A stretch of DNA of 63,269 nucleotides, the filler included, from Intoshia linei (taxonomy: Eukaryota > Animalia > Orthonectida): NCBI GenBank assembly GCA_001642005.1. It is 5 parts of 5 records of this genome, joined end to end, with 100 filler letters (N's around TTAATTAATTAA, not from the genome) between each part and the next. Parts side by side here need not be neighbours in the genome. Positions count along the whole stretch, not along the records: positions 31,424 to 50,426 come from LWCA01000753.1; positions 50,527 to 61,799 come from LWCA01001183.1; 3 more parts are not named here. The stretch is one strand, 5' to 3'. The notes under the pieces are model-generated. The model worked only from the letters and a program-made list of their open reading frames with translations. It did not search any database and had not been told where the DNA came from. The translations under genes were made by a program, and so were the position numbers. How positions within the stretch are numbered: position 1 is the first letter of the stretch; every line of letters starts with the position of its first letter. This document shows positions 39,981 to 53,909 of the stretch, piece by piece.

Positions 39981-42900
39981 TTATTCGATATCCAGTTGAC
40001 TATCTAAAATAATTTAAATTGTCATTTGTTTAGAATTATTAATATGCACCTTTATTATTATTATCATGCAAAAAATTGCTGTTTATTTCACAATTATCAT
40101 CTTCGTTAAGAAAGTATTCATTTGAAAGTTGTTTTTTGAGATCATCTATGAAACAATTAAATTTTAAATTTAAATTTGAAAAAAAATATTTAATTAAAAA
40201 AAGACCAATAAAATATAAATATAATGGCCAGAATTATCCAAATTTTATTTTCAGTGAAAATATAAATCTTAATTCCAAAAAATTGTTTCGAATATATTGT
40301 ATTTGTTAATTATTTTTTTATACAGAACCCGAACATAGCACGTTAATGACGTTTATCATAAAATATGGGGATCATGAATCAGTTATGGACTTTGTGACAC
40401 CAGGGACGTGTAAATGTATAATTACCGTCCGTTTATACTATAGTCAATGATTAGAATAAATAGCGTGGAATAAAAGTTTTATTTTTCTAACTAATTAAAC
40501 TAATTATTTTGAACTAAAATAAATTCGATTTAGTCGACCGTAACAGAAAAATTCATTTTTACCATAATATAAAATAAAATACCATACTATCAAAACCATA
40601 ATTTTCAATATAGTTAAAAGAATAAAATGGCCGATCCAAATAAAAAACATATTCAAATCTACAATTTTTATATATAATTTATTTACACTTTATAATTGAG
40701 GTTGGGTTAAATTAAATTTTCATTTGGTAATATTACAAGTGGATTAACCACATAAACGTTAACAAACAAAAATATGATTATCCATATAATTGTAACTATA
40801 CATCACATTAAATAATAATTATTTATATGTTGATAAAACTAAAACTTGAAACGAACGGTAACATACCTTGATTAAATTCAGTCAAATTCATACTGTTTTC
40901 AAATAAACTATTTTGACCGTAATTATCAACATAAAAAGAATTATCAGAAATAATATTTGTGTTTGAGTAGATATTTCTAGAGTTTGAGTGATTTGAATAA
41001 TTTTCAGTTTGAAAATAATTGATATCATCATCATCAAATGTCGATTTATCAAAAATTAGGTTTCTGTTATTGATGTATGAACCTAAATGTACAAATTAAT
41101 AATTATTATAATTTATATAATATAATTATATGACATGGTAGAAAATGGTAGTTTTATCGATTTTACATGTAAAATTAAAATTCAATGTATTTGTATGTTA
41201 TCCTTTTAATTAATAATTTAATAGTCCTAAAATTTAATAAAACACTATTTTTAATAAAGTTTTTTGAGATTGATGGTTCATCGCAATATTGATTTTCAGA
41301 AATTTTAACCTCAGAAACTTACATCTTCATGGTCAAAACCCAAATACATTTTTTTAAAAGTGAAAATAGTCGTAGAATTTTATAAAACGTAAATTCTGGG
41401 ATAGTTTTTATAATAAAATAAGCATTATAATAAATTTCAACCTCAAAAAAGCGTATTTTTACGATCAAAAGTACAGATTACCATTTTTTACAAAATGAAG
41501 AGTCCCAAAATTTAAAAAAAATTAAAACTCATATAGTAATATACAGTGGCGGCTCGTAGATAAAATAATTGGTGGGGCTGCAAAAAAAAATTGATATTTT
41601 TTATAAAATCCTTACTTATATAATACATGTATGCTACGCGATTTTTGTTTGTGTGTATGTATGTGTGTGTTCAACTTTATTTAAATAATTACCCGTTTTC
41701 CTCTACCTCTGAGCCTCTACACATCTTATTTTTAATTTTGAGCCAATAAACCATCTATTAAACAACGTATATACTATATACGAACCATTTTTAAAAAAAT
41801 GCAAATGGGCCTACTGCTGACTCCACACGAAATTTAAAATGTACTTGTATAAATAAATTAAAATGAACTGAATAATAAACTTACATTTTTAGTAGGTTTT
41901 TTTTAGATTTTTATGTAATAATGTATTACCATGTTAATACATCAATTCAAAAAAATTTTAACTATCGTTTTTTAAATTTTATTTGAATTTACATTTACTT
42001 TGTAAATCTAATAATTGATATTTACTGGGTTTTAATTCTTTGAGGATCCATCGCACGTATTCGTGCATTAATATAATGTAATTATATTACATCATACTGT
42101 GGAGTTCACAATTTGGATATTTAGACTGCTACAAAATTGTCCGTTTTATTTTAATTATACTCTCGGTTTCAAAACATAATATACACGGTGTATGATACAC
42201 CGTCGACACACATAAAATACATATTTAACATACTAGAATTGACAATCCTAAGAAATTTTAATATTTCATTTTTAAACTAACTGACTGTTATTTACCTTGT
42301 AAAGTAGTAGCAAGTAGCTAGCTCTGCCGAGGGTGAAATTTTCCAGATCAATATTTTTACAGATTATATAGTTGTACAGTTGTTTTAAAAACTAGTTTTA
42401 CTACTTTGTGGTATTTATAGAAATTTTAACTTAAATAACTAATTAATGTTATTCATGAAATCAATATTATAATTTGATTAATGAACGGTATTAATGAATG
42501 TACAAAATATCTAATTATTTAGATAAAGCACAATTAACCTACAAATGTACTTGTACTTAAAAAACACTAAATTATGTATAATAAACCTTGTCCGTCATCA
42601 AAGAAAGTATTGTCAATGGTGTCCGTATAAGTGTCTGAATTTTCATTGGATAATGAATTTGATTTGAAAGAATTATGATGCCGTTCATGGCGTGATACTT
42701 CATTGGCAATCATTTGAAAATTTCTGTTAACCGAAGGTGCTTTATCAACAATTAAAGTATCCAGTTTAAATCGTTTCAAATGCTCCGATGGCATATTTGG
42801 TGGAGTCGTTCTTTTTTCCAAATACCATAAAGAAGTACCCGTATATCCAATATCTTTTGGTTTCATTTTTTTAAACATGGTATGAACAGTCAAATTGTGT

Positions 42901-43211
42901 CGAATGGAATTTTTCATTTTCTGATTAGCCATAAACTTGAAAAAAGGGTAATTATTTTCAATCCATTTGTAAATACTTTGTAATGTCATATGACCAGCTT
43001 TACTAGTATATAAAGCTAGCCATATAATTTGCATATAAGATAAATTGGGTCTCTTATATAAAGTTTCTTCATTGCAAGTGTCGAGGGGATTTGATATTAA
43101 CGGTAAGCACATGTTTGAAATTGAAGATTTTGCGAGCCAATTAATATTTGACAAACTTTCGTCAGTTTCCGAATTTTCTTGACCATTTTTCTGGTGTTTG
43201 TTTAATCTCAT
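39981..43211 (-). CDS. FOXM1: Forkhead transcription factor, FoxM-like; exons 43211-42587, 41082-40867 and two short 3' exons
   Basis: DESLSNINWL resembles FOXM1 DDSLTNIQWL. The forkhead domain RPNLSYMQII...[39 protein letters not shown] matches FOXM1 RPPYSYMAMI...[39 protein letters not shown]. Acidic C-terminal exons are in phase, with the stop at 39981-39983. Confidence 0.75.
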
Positions 43212-45409
43212 TCTAAAATGCACATTTAATTTTGGTAAAATATTTTAAAATACTTGGTCAATTATAGTTGTAATAACGAAAATAAACAAAATATATCAAA
43301 AAAATAATAAAATTTAAAATAGGTTCATCAACTAATAAAACTTATGGAAATCCAATCGATAAAATTTTCCATCCAAATCCGAAGCAAGTTATGCACCATC
43401 GATTATTTGTGTATAATGGATGAAAATTTAGTCTGATATTTTTGGACCGGTAATACTCTAATAATGTATCGATCGATGCTTTACCAATTATTTGTAAAAC
43501 ATTTAATTTAACAGAAAAACGTATGATATGTGATGAATCATAACCGAGTTATCAAAAAATTTATTTGTAAAAAAATTACTTTTATGTTACCTTTACTTTT
43601 CAGTTTTCTTTACTTTAAAATTTAAAAATAAACGCAATGAATAATTTTGTCATCATCAAAAAAAAAAGACTCATAATGCGTTCGTGAAATATATTATAAC
43701 GCACTTACTTACGCGTTACTCGCATCTGGCCAACAGAATGTTATACATACCTATCAACACTTGGTTATCACAGTTTCTTATCGGATTTTATAATGATATA
43801 ATTTTACCCAAATGAAAATACTAAATTTAGTCGATTACAGAAATATTAAATCATTGTCTCGTCTCATTCATTTGGTTAACATTCTACATTACATTATTTT
43901 CTCATTGAACTGCTTTAGTATACCCGACATAATGAATGTAACACTAAATCAACATGCGGTATATATTTAGTTATAAATGAAGAAACATCACCGTAATACT
44001 TACTAAACATGGTTTAGATTGCCTTACATCAAAAATAGATTCTTTCTTTGTAATTCCACGATTCATTGACTGCACATCAAATCCAATGTATAACATTTTA
44101 CATTCCCAATTTACATTTTATATTGTGTTTATGATTGTATGGTATTTTTAATTTTATCGTCATTTTAGAAAAATCAAAAATATAAAAAATTAATAATTGA
44201 ATATGTAACCAATTTTTAAAATATAATGTATACATTTTTAACATTATATATATTGTAGACTGAATTAATATGTATTGTCAAAACAAATATAAAATTTTGA
44301 ATATACAAATTGTAACATTTTTTCAATGAGTAAAATTTTATCCCATTACTTTGTTAATCATCAAAAATAATCAATATATAAAATATTTAATAAAGTATAA
44401 TATCGACAAAATATAAAACAGAGGAAGTGTCGAATTTTTTTCAATTTTACCAACTCGCAAGCTTCAAAAATGTCATTTTATCGTCACACTATGATGTAAT
44501 CTGGTATTTAACTAGAAATCCAATTATTTTCAATCATTTAATTTAAAATTTTGTTTTGTTGATTACATTGATTTTAAATTAATAATTCATCTAAAAATTC
44601 GGTGCCCGTTAGATTAAACTTTAGTAAAAGTAGACCACTTATTTTTTATTTTATTAAGAATTTGAAAGGAAACTGTTTAAACAAATTTAAAAAACACACC
44701 TTATACATTATTATGTATGTCAAATTTTTCGCCGCATACGTTAGTTTAATTTCAATCTCAGAGATTTCTTTTTTCACCATTAAAACCCCAAATTACTATT
44801 TAAAAAAAAAAGAGCCAGTGAATTTTGCAATATTAAGATCATCGCAATTACTTGTTAATTAATAAAAAAATTACAAAAATGTATGTTTAGAACAAAAGTG
44901 CCAACCAGTTTTGAGTAAATATGTAAATTATTCGTTTAAATTTTTGAAACATTTTTTAATAAAAATGTATTATAAATTATTTATTATTGGGAATAATAAA
45001 TGTATCAAAATTAATCCTGCTTTAATATTACTGACGTCAAAAATCTATTTGTTTGTAATTATTCATAAAATAAACATTTTCTACTATAATTGGCTAATTT
45101 ATATAAATACTGAATTTTCAGACCGCCCTGAATCATATTTTGTTGGATATACCAGAACCGTTTTTCATTATTTAAAATTGAAATAAAAACAAATACAAAA
45201 TTAAAATTAAAATTAAAGCAAGGAAATTTTCATAAATGTGACCCGCATAATTTTTTTATATCAAAAAGTGACCCACGAGATGAAAAAAATTGCCGAACCC
45301 GGTATAACGTAACTTGAATGATTTTCTACAAAATGGCGTTTCATAACATTTGAAGGTAGAGGAGTTGGATTAATCAATTTTTTAAATATCGAATCATAAA
45401 TTATAACAT

Positions 45410-48400
45410 TTAAATATTTATTAAATCAGACATTAAAAACATTTTTTCGGAAATATCAATCGTTTCAGATTTTAGTTTGTTTTTTAATGGCAAGCATGCT
45501 GTTTTTTTTAATTCATCAGGGTAAGCATACCTATTAAAAGTTACATAATTAATTAAAATCAACTAAAAAAAAACATTTATAATAGTTAACGGAATTCAGC
45601 CGTTAACCAGGAATTCGGAAATATACTGTACTATATTAATGAATACAAATTATTGAAAAATCATTTTTTTTGAAATTGTAGGATCAATATTTAATTTAAT
45701 TTTCGGATAGTTAATTATTTTACATTTTTTATTTTAATAAAATATTTCGAAAAAATATATATGAATACTAAAATGCTTTTTTGAGCGTGAACGTGTCACT
45801 TATTCAGATTGAAATTTCTTGTATGTGTTAACAGGATACAACTGTACCACCTGAAATTTTTTTTAAATTCTAGGGCTGTTTTTATTATAAAAAAGGGAAA
45901 TTTGGGGCTTTGGCCCTGAAGATATTTTTTTGAAATTTAAATTTATGATTTTAAAATCCGTATCAGAGTATATATATTTTTAAATTCTCGAACTCATTTA
46001 ATTTTAAAAAAAAGGACAATTGGGCTTTTTGACCGGTAAGATGTGAGTTTGAAATGTATTTTGTTAACACCCCCGTAAAAAGCTGTCATTGAAATGTGGA
46101 CCTTATAAAATTCTAAGACTGGTAGTTATTGAAATAAACGATAACACACACACCAAACAAAGCATATTATATAAGTAGAGACAATAGTTTAAATTATTAC
46201 GGAAATCGTAAAACCCACAATCCATCAGAAATTTCAATATCAAGTATTTCCTTCAGATTAATGTATTGTGGAGAATAAATTATTGATTTAATTTGAATTT
46301 TAGGGTTGATGTGTAATTTTACATTTGAGTGAATAAAAATTCTAATTAATTGAGCATATTGGCAATTCCTAAAAAAATCAAATTAGAAGCGTGTAAACAC
46401 GTGGCCCAAAATCAACTTTAAAAAAAATCTAGTCAAGAAATTAAAAAACTAAACGTAAAATATTACTTAATTTTAGGGAATATACATTTGATAAATAATG
46501 GCATTTCAGGAGTTTTGTTTTCATTATTCTAAAATTTAATGTTATATGTAAAATACTGGTAAAATACCACAGAAGAAGAAATTGGCTGCATAAATCTATG
46601 TCCTTTTTTACACTCATATTCAAATCCAATAAAACAATAATCTAAAACAAATATTAAATGTATTAAAACGGTCTGTAAATATGTAATTTTAAAACCTTCA
46701 TTGTTAAAATTCCATTTTTGTAATCGATTACATTCAAGTAAAAACGCAGGTTGATGAATATCTAGAAAGCAAAATAAAACAATTGCAATTATAAAATTAC
46801 CAATTTCATCGTCGACGAAACTAAAACACTTTTCAGGTAATTTTTTTAAACTAAAATCGAGTTTAATTTCATCACTTTCGTCAAGACTATCGTTTTCAAA
46901 TTTGCCAGGTGAAAAATAACAATCTTTATAGAAAATATCATGCTCTTTTAAATTATGACAACAAATTTTGTTTAATTTGTCGTAAAAATGATAATTCGCA
47001 CTCTGAATATAGATTAATACGGGAAATGTAAAATGGTAAAATGATTGATAAAAATAGTCAAAAATACTTTAAAAGAGTATGGTTCATTCCTGTCTTCCAT
47101 AAATCTACCGCAATTGCATGCAGATCGACTATATTTGATTTTTACATGTTCATCAAAATCAATGGGTAACACCTCACAATTATGCTAAGAGAAACAATAA
47201 TATAATAAATTAAACTTAAAAACAGGTAAATTGCATATATTTCCGTAAATCGTTGATACCAAACAAAGCTTTTTTTCATTAGTCCATAATTTACCACATT
47301 TTATTTTTATGGTGGTGATCATTTCATCATCCATTAAATCTTTAGAAATTTCATTCAAGGTATCAAATATTTCTTCTAGCTATATTTACATTTAACATTT
47401 TAAAAAATACATTTTTATGGGACGCATGGGCGTATTGGTTGGGAACACTGCGTTAATGTATTACATTATAATTTATAATGCATACTTTATTTATATAAAA
47501 TTGAATATCTGTGTAATTGTCTGTGACCGTTTATTTAAAAAATGAACTCACATTTAACTCAGTGCTCACATTTAAAAAACCGAATGTGTAGTACAGTTTT
47601 TCAGTGATGCAGTATCACAAAATCAATTTTCCGAAATTGAGTCCTTCAGGTTCAAAAACTAAATTTGTCCTTTTTTTAAAAACAAAATCAGCCCCAAAAT
47701 TTATAAAACATACATGCTGTGATAGTTTTTAAAATACTAAGCATTATCATCAATCGCAATCCCAAAATTGGATTTTCACAATCGAAATCACAGATCTTTG
47801 TTTTAAAAAATAAAAATAGTCCTAAAATTTTAAAAAAATTACAGCTGATTTATATCCAGTTAATTCACTCCAAAAATTTAAATCAAAAATTTGACAAAGT
47901 TACGCCTTCACGGTCAAAAAGATATTGTTGTATATATTTTTGTAATTTCAAAATAATTTATTAAAACAAAAAAATTGAAAAAATTAGCAGTCCTACAATT
48001 AAAAAATGAGATTATTCTGATACATCTCATTCCAGTTAATATAGATGCAAAATTTCAACCCAAAAATCTAAGCATTATCAACCCTTATTTTTCAAATTTT
48101 TGGATTAAAATTAAAAATCAAAATGTAATATTCATCCTACAATTTCATAAAAAACGACATTGAACGTCTATACGGGGTTCCCAAAGTGGGCGATTAATTC
48201 AGTTAGGGGCGGTTTTCAGCTGTGGGCGATTATAAAAACATGGTATACCCAAAAAAACGATTTTAGATGGATAGAGTGGAGCGTTGATAAATTTTTTGGT
48301 TGTAAGGGGATATTTTTATAGTAAGTTTGGGATCCACTGATATAAAAAGTGACCGTAATAAATATATTTTTTTTAATTAACACAATTTTTAAATATATAT

Positions 48401-49482
48401 ACGACGTAGTCGAAAAATTTTTCAGGGGAGCGTTNNNNNNNNNNNNNNNNNNNNNNNNNNNNNGGGGGGGGGGGGTAGGCAAAATGAGTTTGGGAATCCC
48501 TGGTCTATTCAAATAATTTATTTATGACAATTTTAGGATTATACTGTTTTTAATTTATTTTTAATATTATATACTCATTCTCTAATAAATTAAAAAATGT
48601 CATCACCAAATTGTATAAAAATATCTAGGAGTATAATAATGAGATTTTACAGAGCACCATGCCCAGTGGACACTGTTTACCCACTTTATACCTCTAGTTT
48701 TTTATATTCCAATAACTGAATTTCGAGTATAGTGACATGACTGATATATACAATGAATGAAAAGATATATACCACTTGATTGTGGCATTGTTCACCATAC
48801 ACCTTTGGCGCATTCTTATTGTAAAGCTTTATTGCAAAACTCAGCAAATCCTTTTTTAAGCTAAATTTTATAAATTAATCACGTCTAGTTTTAAAATCCA
48901 TTCTTCAAACAATTCTAATAGTACATTTCCTATATTTACAGAAAATGGATATAATTAGATAAGAAAGTCATGCATTTTGACGTTCATTTAAAATTTGATA
49001 ATAATTTCATTTATAAATTATAACCTCGACAGGATTCTAACAATATTAATCTAAATTGTTCATGATGTTAACCTCATCCAAGGTTTGATCTTATAGGTTT
49101 TAGAAGTTCAAAGTTATAGGGAAACTGAAAATTTTGGTGAAAATCACACGCTATAAATGATATTTAGCTTTTTTCCGGTTCATAATTCATAATTACAAAT
49201 TTAATATATACAATGCAGTTAATAATAATACAAAATGAACCAGGGTATATAATTAAATTAATTAAATAAAACAATTGATTTAAATGTTACACAATTTATA
49301 AGATAAAAAATGTTTGCCTAAATAAAAACCATAAATAAAACATACATGCTTTTAATTTCTTCAGATGGCAATATGGATGATGCAACTATTGCATTTGAAT
49401 TAAAATAAAAATTTCCTATCCCCAACAAAATTCGTTCATACAATTCTTGATAAAATTTAGAAAGTTCTTTGATACGTAATTT
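45410..49482 (-). CDS. SMG8: SMG8 nonsense-mediated decay factor, multi-exon, 5' end unresolved
   Basis: Exons read SACNCGRFMEDRNEPYSFK|SANYHFY..CC, FIGFEYECKKGHRFM, EMPLFI, YAQLIRIF and DGLWVLRFP|YAY. These match SMG8 ACNCGR..DDPFDIKAANYDFY, FVGFEYED..GRRFM, YAQLMRLF and DGLWVLRFPYAY. Stop at 45410-45412. Confidence 0.88.
45660..46181 (-). mobile_element. Helitron 5' portion in the last SMG8 intron
   Basis: The reverse complement is colinear with 10498-11170. Confidence 0.8.
48173..48502. mobile_element. hAT MITE nested in a Helitron copy (about 47482-48620) within an SMG8 intron
   Basis: cggggttcccaaa ... tttgggaatccctg flanked by a gtctat duplication; it spans the small N gap. Confidence 0.65.
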
Positions 49483-51459
49483 CTATAAAATAAATTTATA
49501 AAATTTAATTTAATAGAAAAATATAATAAAAATAAAAGTGTCACTTATACACCCTTTATAATTCTAACAAAATACTATTTTAATCAGTGATACAGTAGTA
49601 CCTTGGTATAAGTAACAATGATTTATAAGGACGTGTCCAAAAATAACCACTCTGGAAAATTAATTAAATTAAGATGTGAATCGTTTTAAAAGAAAATTGA
49701 AACATTTATAGATCACCAATATTTATGTATTGTCACAAATTTTTAGAATTGAAAACCTATTAGTTCAATAACGACATGACTTTTAAATGCAATGTCACTT
49801 ATACAACTTTTAATAATGTCAACTGCCCACTACTTTATATTTAATTTTATAGTAAATAATCATAGATATAAGTGACAATTTAATAAACTTAACAATAAAT
49901 AATGAAAATTAAATTTTCGAACGATAAATACTTGCTTCACATTGCTTCTTTGCTTATATTTTTACTTTATCCATTATATTTATTTTCATAAGGTATATTT
50001 TACTTTTATTCTGAATATACAAATATACAAAATGTTTAGCTTACTGTTATTTCATTAACAAACGTTGAAATTTTTTTAAAATTGTCCGACCCACCAACCC
50101 TGATAAATATAATAAAAATGGCTGTAGGGAATTATATATTCTAAATAAAAAAATTGCCAATAAACATTGAAAAACTGATTCAAAAAAATTGGTAAACCAT
50201 CAAAAACCCTGGTAAATATAACAAAAATATGCTTTAGGCCCTAGAGTAGGGTGGGCCCAAAAAAAGCACTATTGTCTCAAATTTCTTAGGATTGTTGCTT
50301 ATATGGTTCGATTATGTATTAGATAACACTAGAATTTTGATGTCATCTTCAGCTTTCCTAAATTTGATTAAGTTTATTTGACTGTTAAAGGTAAGAAACA
50401 TCATACAAAACTATTTAAAGTATTTTNNNNNNNNNNNNNNNNNNNNNNNNNNNNNNNNNNNNNNNNNNNNTTAATTAATTAANNNNNNNNNNNNNNNNNN
50501 NNNNNNNNNNNNNNNNNNNNNNNNNNTTATAAATGTTAGTATTTTTAAATTTGACCAATATTACAAAAACCACTTTTTAAAAAAAACACACCCTGTGAGG
50601 TTAAATATTAAAATTTTTATGTGCAAATTTGGCATGTCTTAGTGGGTCATACATTAATTATATCCATCTTTAAAAAAAAAAGAAATGGTGCCAATTAAGA
50701 AAAAGGGGAAAAAGCGCGCGAAAACCTTAAAATTCAAAAAGGGTACACATTTTTATGATCATTTTTTCGAAAATTTCATTTTTATGGGTTTTAAAGTACT
50801 CTCTTTAAGGGGTGGATTTTTTTTGAATCGAAAATTTTTAAAAAATGAACAGCCTTATTATACATATACAAATTTAATAATTATAAGAACTTATCCACGT
50901 TATTGCCATCATCAAAATATTTTATCTTATATTGTTACATGTAATGATCTTGTCATACTGTTCGACTCTAACGATATAAATATGCAAACATGAGTTTTGC
51001 ATGTTTCTGTGTTTTACGAGGCAATAAAAACATTTTTAATTTCCTTTTACAGTTGTATGATACAACTTGTATCAGTTCTATTAATTATGGTTATTTGTTA
51101 GGTCTTAAATTATGACTTTACTCATATTATTATGACAATTATGTCAGAAATATGACATTTATGACTTGTTAAAGATCTATATACTCCATTAAAAAATATA
51201 ATTATTTTTGTGACATTGTTCGCCCTAATAATTACATAAAAAAGTTTAATGGGGTTGTGCTAACTTTAACTTGACCTAATTGGTAATTAACTGGTAAATG
51301 TATAAAAATCATCTCTGAATAAAAAAATTTATAATATTCATTTATTTTATAATGTACCCTTTGGTAGAACTGCATTTCTATGTATGTCTTCCATTAAACT
51401 TTTTAAATGCATCAAAAATTAATATTTACTAACTAATATGTATTAATATATTTTTTTAG

Positions 51460-53098
51460 TACAATCAAAATTCGATATTTCCATCACCTTAGCCATTAGT
51501 GACGTCGTTCGAATTTGGTTGGCAAAAATTGGAAACAATGATACAATATTTATAATTTTTATCAATGAAAACAGTGCTAGTATTCTTTGTGATCATTTAC
51601 TTCGTATTAATTTGAAAATTAATTCTGCAAGTAAAATTTTTTGTAAAACAATTAAATTTTACTTTATAGACGATTATGACAGATGTATTATATTTAACAT
51701 AAAAGATCAATTGTCAGACCTCGAAATTATGCGGATTTGTACAGACATGTGCATGATGTGCCTTTCTGGAGAAACTGTTTCTGTTTTAAGACTACCAGGA
51801 TCTTTGTGTTCGACTGTAAAGGATGCATTTCAATTTCCCTTTAGAAATTCATCTCATATCCATATTATACAAACTCTACAAACCATAATTCAGGATGGAA
51901 AAGATGTTTTGTTTATTTACCCTTTACGTAAACTTAATGAATTTGACGTCAAAATACCTGCTCTTTCTATACGCGTGATGGATACGTGGTATCTTGAAGA
52001 TGGAAATTATATTAATGACATAATAATTACCTTTTATAACATGTTTTGTGTTTTCTGCTATTTTTATACATTTTTTTAGGTACATTTATAATGAACTCAT
52101 TGATGATTCTGTTAGAAAACGAGTTTATTTCTATAATACTTTTTTTTATCAACAAATAAACAATTCTAGGTTTTTTAATTTTTTTAGTTATCAATTTTTT
52201 TTAGAAATTTTAACGAAAGTTACAACAAAGTAAAAAAGTGGACTAAAGATATCAATATTTTTGATATGGAATTTTTGTTTATACCTATCCATAACATGTA
52301 ATATTACCGTATATTTTTAATAGTTGTAATTTTTATCCCACAGTATTACTATTTAAAATTATTGTTTCAATTTATATTCTTTTTGGGCCTAAATTTCCGA
52401 GATTGGAACTAATTTTGAAAAATTATCGGATCTATATTTTTAATTTTTATGGACAATTCGACTTTGACATGAATCATAAGACAGTGCATTTCTAAGGGCG
52501 CTGGCCATATAAACCAATTTGTTTATTTAAAAATCAATATCTAGCAATAGCTAAATTTTGAATTATTCATTTAGAGATCATTGGTATTTGATTATTGTGC
52601 ATTTTCAAGGAAACAAGTCAACAATCTACATACTAAATTCCGTAACATACATCAACACATCCTACAAATCACCCATGGCTATTAAAAGGTAAAATGCACT
52701 ACAATGTACTTAAACATTTAACCTTTCATTAGATACTTATTGGCTGAATGGAACTCGAAAATGAAAACACCCGACAAATTAAATTTGGAAACTATCAATG
52801 TAATTATACCTCAAGTTTTACAGCAACAAAACAATTTTGATTGTGGAATTTTTGTTATACAGTTTATTGAATCATTTTTCAAGGTATCCTTGTGTTTCAT
52901 ATATTTTTATTTGTTTAGAACCCTATTGATTCTCTAGTAGTTATGCATCATATTGTAAATTGGTTTACTTATAATGACATATCCAACAAACGCAAAGACA
53001 TTTTAAACTTGTTTTCCAAGCTTACGAAAAATTACAAAAAATATGTTCAAAATAAAGATACTAATTGGAATGAAAACAATACCATTGTAATTGATTAA
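51460..53098 (+). CDS. SUMO protease (Ulp1/C48 family), SENP6/7-like, 5' end unresolved
   Basis: Reads FIYP...DTWYLEDGNYINDIIITFY, YFYNTFFYQQI, VKKWTKDINIFDMEFLFIPIH, DHWYLIIV, QQQNNFDCGIFVIQFIESFF and NWF...KRKDILNL. Stop at 53096-53098. Confidence 0.9.
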
Positions 53099-53909
53099 AA
53101 TAAATGTATTATAATTTTCTTTCAATTTCGAGATTATCAAAAAAATTCTTAAAAATTTTCAGATTCTTAAATCAGTGACCTGGGCGATAAAGCCCCAGCC
53201 CCTTTTATCGCATCAGTTGGGATTCCAATATAACATCAGATTATAACCGTTCAATGAGCCTAGCTGGCACAGTCGTTATAGTCACATGATTATTTTGTAG
53301 AAAGGGTTTGTATTCATCTTTAGAATCTTTTTATTTAGGTGTATTTTTTGTATATATTATTTTCATGATCCATCAAATTAAAAAAATAATCTCAAATTTG
53401 ATTTGCATATTTCTTAAGATATCAAAAAAACAATTATTAATTGCTTTTTTTATTGTATTCCGTATCAACTCTACTGTTAAAAAAACATGCTGCATAACAT
53501 ACACTGCACATTTATAAACTTTGTAAATTAAAAAAATATCAATTGTCTTTATGGGGCGATAATTTTATTTTTGTTGAAAAATGGACGATTCTCCAAAAAA
53601 GGTTAAGAACCATTGGTTTAAATCATGATTCGCGTTGTCTATTGATCAATGAGTCGAAAATTTTGATAAAATGAAAAAATGTAACTAAATTTAGTATTAA
53701 CGTGAAACTTTGATTCATTATATTTTCATCTCATTGACTAAATATACTTTTTATGGAGTCTTCACTGTATCAGAACGAATTTTAAATATCAATGAGCGGA
53801 ATAAATGCAATAAATAAAACGTTGTAATTGTATAAATGATTATTTCATACCATAGTTACGACATTTTAATAAAATAATTTTAAATTCTAATTTAAAGAAT
53901 ATTTCAATA

